From contig JAPMXV010000053.1 in assembly GCA_026936335.1 (NCBI GenBank), forward strand, positions 248,001 to 312,000: a DNA stretch of 64,000 nucleotides, read 5' to 3'. Under the pieces are notes generated by a model that was given only the letters and a program-made list of their open reading frames with translations, made no database searches and was not told the origin of the DNA. Of the stretch, positions 59,023 to 64,000 are shown in pieces. How positions within the stretch are numbered: the stretch's first letter is position 1; each line of letters starts with the position of its first letter. This DNA is from Mantamonas sphyraenae STR306. Lineage: Eukaryota > Protista > CRuMs. The translations under genes and the position numbers were made by a program.

Positions 59023-60169
59023 TCACAGCCCTCCATACGACCTGCTGGACGTTTGCCAGCGGTCAGAGTCTTGCTGGCTGGCCATGACCCGCTCGTACTG
59101 CGCCTGTGCTCCTCGCATGGCATTGCGTGCAAACGTCGATTGGTACACGTTTGTGTTTGCCGATTGGGCTTCCCCTTCGCTCCAGTTGCTGACCCTCCTG
59201 CTGCTGCTGCTGCTGCTGCTGCTGTTGTTGTTGTTGCTGTGGTTGCTGTGCCTGGACGACGGCGATCCACTGCCCGAGGCAAACGGGCTCACGTACTCGG
59301 GCACCTCTGGGATTTCCACCTTGTCGCCTGTGATTGGGTTGTACGAGTTGGCCCGCATGTACAGGTTGCGCGCTCGGATGGCCGCACGATACTGGCGACG
59401 CGAGTCCTTTTCGCGCAGGCCGCGGCCCTCTTTTGTGTTGCGGTATTCCATCGACACCACGTCGTAGGGAACGCTTGTGTAGTTTTTCTTTGCTGACAAC
59501 GCCTTGCTCTTCACATGCTCCGATTCCTTCTCCTGTGCCACCTCTTCCAGTCGTTTCAATTCCTGCTGCTTTTCAAACTGCTCCTGCCTGTGGTCATGGG
59601 CCATTCACACGCGCCGCCGTGCCACTCTACTGCGTCAGCCGTTGCTGTTGCCTCCATCCCTGTCCATGGTTCTCACACAACGGTGCCCACGGGAGGCCAT
59701 GGCACGCGTCGCCTCGCCAAGGGAGAAAGCCGTTGCGAACGTCCATTCCGCCATCACCCGGCTCCTCCCACCGCCACAATAGGCTGTTTCGCAAAGGGTG
59801 GGAGCTCCACATGATGATGTGGTTCACACCTTCCGTGCCATCAGAATCACCCGACACTCACCTCTTCTTGCGGTACAGCGCCTGTTTCTTTCGTCTCTGG
59901 GCCTCCAGCCGTGCACGCTCCTCCGCGGCGGCATCTGTCTGGAATCGCTCCGATTCGTCAATGTATGCGTCAGACGTCTCGTCGGACTTGATGAGGTCGC
60001 CCACATCCTGGTAGTGATGGAAGCCTTCTGTGCGCTCTGCCAACCGCTTCTTCTCCAGCCGTTCGCGGTCCTCAATCGCACGACGTTCCTTGCGTGTGCG
60101 AGGCTGGATGGTGCGTACGTCCGACGTGGACGGAAACACGTACACGCCCTCGTCGATGCTGGTCGTCAT
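59023..60169 (-). CDS. Uncharacterised coiled-coil protein with PYD/YNPITG motifs (intron 59588-59861)
   Basis: Two ORFs join in frame via GTGAGT...GCTGAC...CACAG (KKR|QEQFEK). Confidence 0.72.
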
Positions 60170-60274
60170 GACGGGATGGAATGAATGGAGGGGCGCGCGG
60201 GGGGGGGTGGGATTTGTTTGGAAGCCGAAGGGCCCCACCGCATCCATCCGAACCCCACCCTCCATCCAACACAA

Positions 60275-61578
60275 ATGGCGTCCGACGAGGTTGTGTGGAG
60301 TATCATCGGCAACAACTTTTGCTCCTTCAAATCAAAGTGAGTTGGCAGCGACGCTACGTGGCGACTACGTCCCCGGTCCTCGGTTTGTGCGACACACACA
60401 CACCCGCTTGCAACGTCCCCTGCTGCCGTTCTGACCGCTGACATCGGCCCATCTGCGTCCCCGGCACAGGTTGCAAACAAACACGTTTTGTCGCAACAAG
60501 TACAATGTCACGGGCATCTGCAACAAGAGCTCGTGTCCGCTGGCCAACTCGCGGTACGCCACCATCCGCGAGGAAGAGGGTATGTGAGCCATCCAAGGGG
60601 TTCCACACACGTATGGACCCTTGTTCCCATGGAATCCGCGCCCAAAGTGTGTGACCACGTGTGACACGAGGCAGCACGCTGGCCTTCCGGCGCATGCATG
60701 GATTTCTCCCAGGCGACCGAGCCGGCTGCAACGGCCAACTGACACCAGGGGCACGGGACAACCCACGCACAGGCATCTGCTATCTTTACATGAAAACGAT
60801 TGAGCGAGCACACACGCCAGCCAAGCTGTGGGAAAAGGTGAAGCTGAGCCGCAACTACTCGGAAGCCATGACGCAGATTAACCAGCACCTGCGCTACTGG
60901 CCCAAGTTCCTGCGCCACAAGTGCAAGCAGCGCTTCACCAAGATCACAGAGTACCTCACACGCATGAGGAGGTTGCGGCTGAAGGACGGGCCCAAACTGG
61001 TGGCCATGAACAAAAAGGCGGACAAGCTGGACCGCAAGCGCGAAGCCAAAGCCCTCAAGGCAGCCAAGATCGACCACAACATCGAACAGCAGCTGCTGGC
61101 TCGCCTCAAGGCAGGCACCTACGGCGAGATTTACAACTTCCCAGAGGCAACCTACGAGAAGCTGCTGGATGCGGAGGAACTGGAGGAGGACGAGGCTGAG
61201 CTGGAGCGAGAGCTGGAGGAGGAGTGGCAAAACGAGGAAGTGGAGTTTGTGGTGGACGAGGGTGAGGAGGATGTGGAGAGTGACGAGGACGACGAGGAAG
61301 GTGGAGAAGGGCTGTGGGATCTGGAGGACAGCGCAGGGTTGGAAGGCTGGGACACCGACGAAGAAGACGAGCAGGAGCTGGAAGGAGAGGAGCCCGCAGA
61401 CGACGACGACGATGATGGTGATGACGAGGAGGATGAGGATGATGAGGAGGTGGGTGACAAGAGAAAGCGAAAGGGACAGAAGGCCAAGGCCAAGGCCAAA
61501 GGCAAGAAGCGACGCAAGACGTTTGTCGAGGTTGAGTACGAGCGGGAGGAAGAGGAACCGCAGACACGCACACACACA

Positions 61579-61612
<34 letters not shown>

Positions 61613-61650
61613 GTGGAGGAGGACGAGTCACTCGCAGCAGCCGTCGATGA
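60275..61650 (+). CDS. MAK16: 60S biogenesis protein MAK16 (three exons)
   Basis: [78 protein letters not shown]. Confidence 0.97.
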
Positions 61651-61709
61651 TCGAAAAAGAATGAACTGGACAAAGAACACTTGCAAAATTTGTGTGCATC
61701 TCCTCTCTC

Positions 61710-62555
61710 TCACAGCCCGCGCACACGAGGCTGACGGTTGGCTCCACTGTACAACATCATGTCTTGGGCCTCCTTGGAGGATTTGGGCAGAGGCTGCCCG
61801 GCCTGGACGCGCCTGCGGATGAAAGTGTGGAACTGGACCATCTGTTCGTAGGTCTTGAGCAGCTGGTTGACCTCCTGCACGGTGGATTCGGCTCGCTTGG
61901 CCACTCGCTGCTTCTGACGAGCCTTGAGCACCTTTGGGTTGAGGCGTTCCTGCTCGGTCATGCTGGTGAGGATGGCCTCCTGGCGCTTGTACTGCTGGAT
62001 CTCCTCCTTGTTCTTGTTCCAGGGCATCTTGCCCTTGATGCCCGTGATGCCACTCTTTTCGGCGCCGTCACGCAGGATGGTGAGGAAGTTGTCCAGGGTG
62101 AACGTGTCCAGCTCCTTCATCATGTCCACCTGCTCCAGAAACATGGCCTCCCGCTTCTCCTCCACCTTTTCGTTGGCATACTGGTCCACCTTGCTGCGGA
62201 ACCCTTCCAGGATGCCTCTGCGTTGCTGTGCCAGCGCCTGCACGCGTGTCACCACACGTGCGCTGGTCCGCCGTGTGCCCGACGCCCATGCGCCCCCCAA
62301 GCCGCCACCTTCCGACCACCTTTCGCTCACCTCCACACCCACTCCATTGGTCTCGCCCACGCCCACCTGTCCTGTGTGTGGTCTGCTCATCGTACACACG
62401 CCTGCCCGTGCTGTGCGTTGTTGTACCGACGCTCCCACGCGGCTCACGTGTCCTCCCAGTGCTCCGTTTGCCCTCATCATTGCTCCACGGCTGCCTGCCG
62501 CCAGCACCTGGCACGCTCTGCGTACGCTCTTGCTTCGAAGTGATCGCACAAACAT
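61710..62555 (-). CDS. Stand-alone Ffh/SRP54 M-domain protein with mitochondrial presequence (MAP67-like)
   Basis: FTLDNF..IL, GIKGKMPW, AILTSMTEQERLNP, RQKQRVAKRA..TVQEVNQLLK.YEQM; no NG GTPase domain; Arg-rich, acid-free N-terminus; probable in-frame intron ~62238-62398. Confidence 0.85.
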   Translation of the reverse strand: MFVRSLRSKSVRRACQVLAAGSRGAMMRANGALGGHVSRVGASVQQRTARAGVCTMSRPHTGQVGVGETNGVGVEVSERWSEGGGLGGAWASGTRRTSARVVTRVQALAQQRRGILEGFRSKVDQYANEKVEEKREAMFLEQVDMMKELDTFTLDNFLTILRDGAEKSGITGIKGKMPWNKNKEEIQQYKRQEAILTSMTEQERLNPKVLKARQKQRVAKRAESTVQEVNQLLKTYEQMVQFHTFIRRRVQAGQPLPKSSKEAQDMMLYSGANRQPRVRGL

Positions 62556-62647
62556 CCCTCTCTGAGTGTGTGTCTCACTCGGTCTGTGTGACTGGATGGA
62601 GTGGATCCGCTCGCGACGCACGGGCCAAACCCGACGCGACGCGCGCT

Positions 62648-63856
62648 ATGGCCATGCTCCAGGATCCATACCATGTGGTGGAGGAGTGAGTTTTCGCATC
62701 ACCTGCGTCATCCCTTTGCTGCCTGCCGCCTGCTCCGGCCCTGCTCCCTGTGGCCTGTGTGGCCTGTGTGGTCCCACCACCCGAACGATTCCCAGTGGGA
62801 GAAGCAAACTCCGGCCATCTCTCACACCTGAGACACACACACACACACTCACGCACACCACCAACCCGTGTGCCCTGCTCGTGCGCAACTCAACCCGCAC
62901 ACAGGGAGGTGATCACAGAGATGAAGGGCATCGACGCCAAGTTTGAACGCTGGTGCGAACTGCTGGAGAGTTGCAACACGCCAAGTCGACCGAGTTCGAC
63001 TGGGTGACAAAGGGACTGCAGTCTGGCATCAAGGGCATCGTGTTTGATCTGCGGGACCTCAACGAAACAATTGATATCCTTGTGTTTGTGTGCTGTGCCT
63101 CGTGTCGGCGTGTGCATGTGTGTGTGTGTGCATGTGTCGTGCGTCCTTCCGCGTTCCCGAATTGCCCACGTGAATTGCCCTCCCGCCGCCCCGTCCCGGC
63201 GGACACACACACTGCAAGGGCCTGTGCGTGCACCTGCCGCCATGCCGTCTGTGTTTGGTTGCCATCCTTGACTCGTATGTTGCCGTGCACCCATTGTAGA
63301 AGACAAACCAGAGGCGTTTAAGATCAGTGGGGAAGAACTGGCGCGCCGCAAGAAGTATGTGGCAGACACACAGGCCAAGGTGGACCACATTCGACAGACC
63401 ATGAGCAGTCCCAAGACCAAGGCCAAGCTGCAGGCCGACCGCGACGAGTCGCTGATGGGAGGCGCCAACGCAGGTGGAAACAGGGCTCGCAAGCAGGGCC
63501 AGTCAGACAAGTATCAGAAACTGGACGACGCCATCGAGGCAGACAACAATGACTTTATCGGAAATCAGCAAGCCATGCAGGAGCGCATCATTGAGGAACA
63601 GGACGAGGCTTTGGACGAGGTGTACGAAGGTGTGGTTCGCCTGGGCGAAATGGGCAAGACCATCCACGACGAGTTGGACATGCAGGACAGGCTTATGGAC
63701 GATCTGGACGAGAACATCGACTCGGCAAGCAGCAGGCTCAAGCGGGCCAACAAGAGCGTCAAGAAACTGCTGAAGCACAAGGACCGTGGCCAGCATGCCA
63801 CCATCTGCTTCCTCGTCATTGTCCTCATTGTACTCAGCTACTTTGTGCTCCAATAA
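62648..63856 (+). CDS. STX6: Syntaxin-6/Tlg1/SYP61-type Qc-SNARE (two introns; apparent 1-nt deletion at ~62980)
   Basis: QDPYHVV, DLRDLNETIDI, P..F.I...EL.RR, SNARE motif EQDEALDEV...IHDELDMQDRLMDDL, C-terminal TM. Confidence 0.9.
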
Positions 63857-63864
63857 AGAGTCGT

Positions 63865-64000
63865 TTACTCCTCAGCCCACACATCCACCACCGTGCGAAT
63901 CGACTTTGTGTCGTCGTGCATGAGGTGGAACGCCTTGGGAATGCCCTCCATGCCGTTCTCGCGTCCAGTGACCAGCGGGTCCAGTTCCAGGTCGCCCTTG
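63865..64000 (-). CDS. Zn-dependent alcohol dehydrogenase (class III/GSNOR-like), C-terminal fragment
   Basis: KGDLELDPLVT...IPKAFHLMH..KSIRTVV then TAA; the gene runs off the window. Confidence 0.7.
   Translation of the reverse strand, partial: KGDLELDPLVTGRENGMEGIPKAFHLMHDDTKSIRTVVDVWAEE

Noticed and set aside
22749-60169. A co-regulated ciliary gene cluster (DRC3, NME5-like, CEP131, RIIAD1-like)
   Set aside because: The genes are scattered among unrelated housekeeping genes at a density plausible by chance in a flagellate.

Overview
This is eukaryotic nuclear DNA from a very gene-dense, GC-rich unicellular organism. It is flagellated (DRC3, NME5-like, CEP131, RIIAD1-like genes) and probably a bacterivore (secreted GH25-type lysozyme); the taxon cannot be fixed from this window. 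About 33 protein genes are present, many split by GT-AG introns, with intergenic gaps often only 10-100 bp. Recognisable genes: BTG/Tob (two copies), DUF202, a RING E3, an ankyrin protein, RPS26, NSE3/MAGE, NDUFAF3, an LRR protein, threonine synthase, an ELO elongase, FCF1, DRC3, TMEM53, an ABCC transporter, GH25 lysozyme, NME5-like, LIG1, CEP131, nucleoside hydrolase, two DUF4097 proteins, MAK16, an Ffh M-domain protein, syntaxin-6 and an ADH fragment. The most notable observations are: (1) an ungapped 57-aa C-terminal module with an F-box-like end, shared by an unrelated ankyrin protein and LRR protein; (2) a tandem pair of large nuclear proteins with four winged-helix-like domains, H1-like basic tracts and prion-like N-termini, homogenised over a 1.13-kb patch; (3) a TerD-NDK5-Dpy30 fusion; (4) a ~2.06-kb inverted duplication of the BTG/Tob gene with GTGCT at both junctions; (5) a mitochondrial Ffh M-domain-only protein. 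Five genes carry 1-nt frameshifts at G/C positions, most likely consensus errors. No rRNA, tRNA, CRISPR array or transposase was seen. All domain calls are by-eye motif recognition, not database searches.
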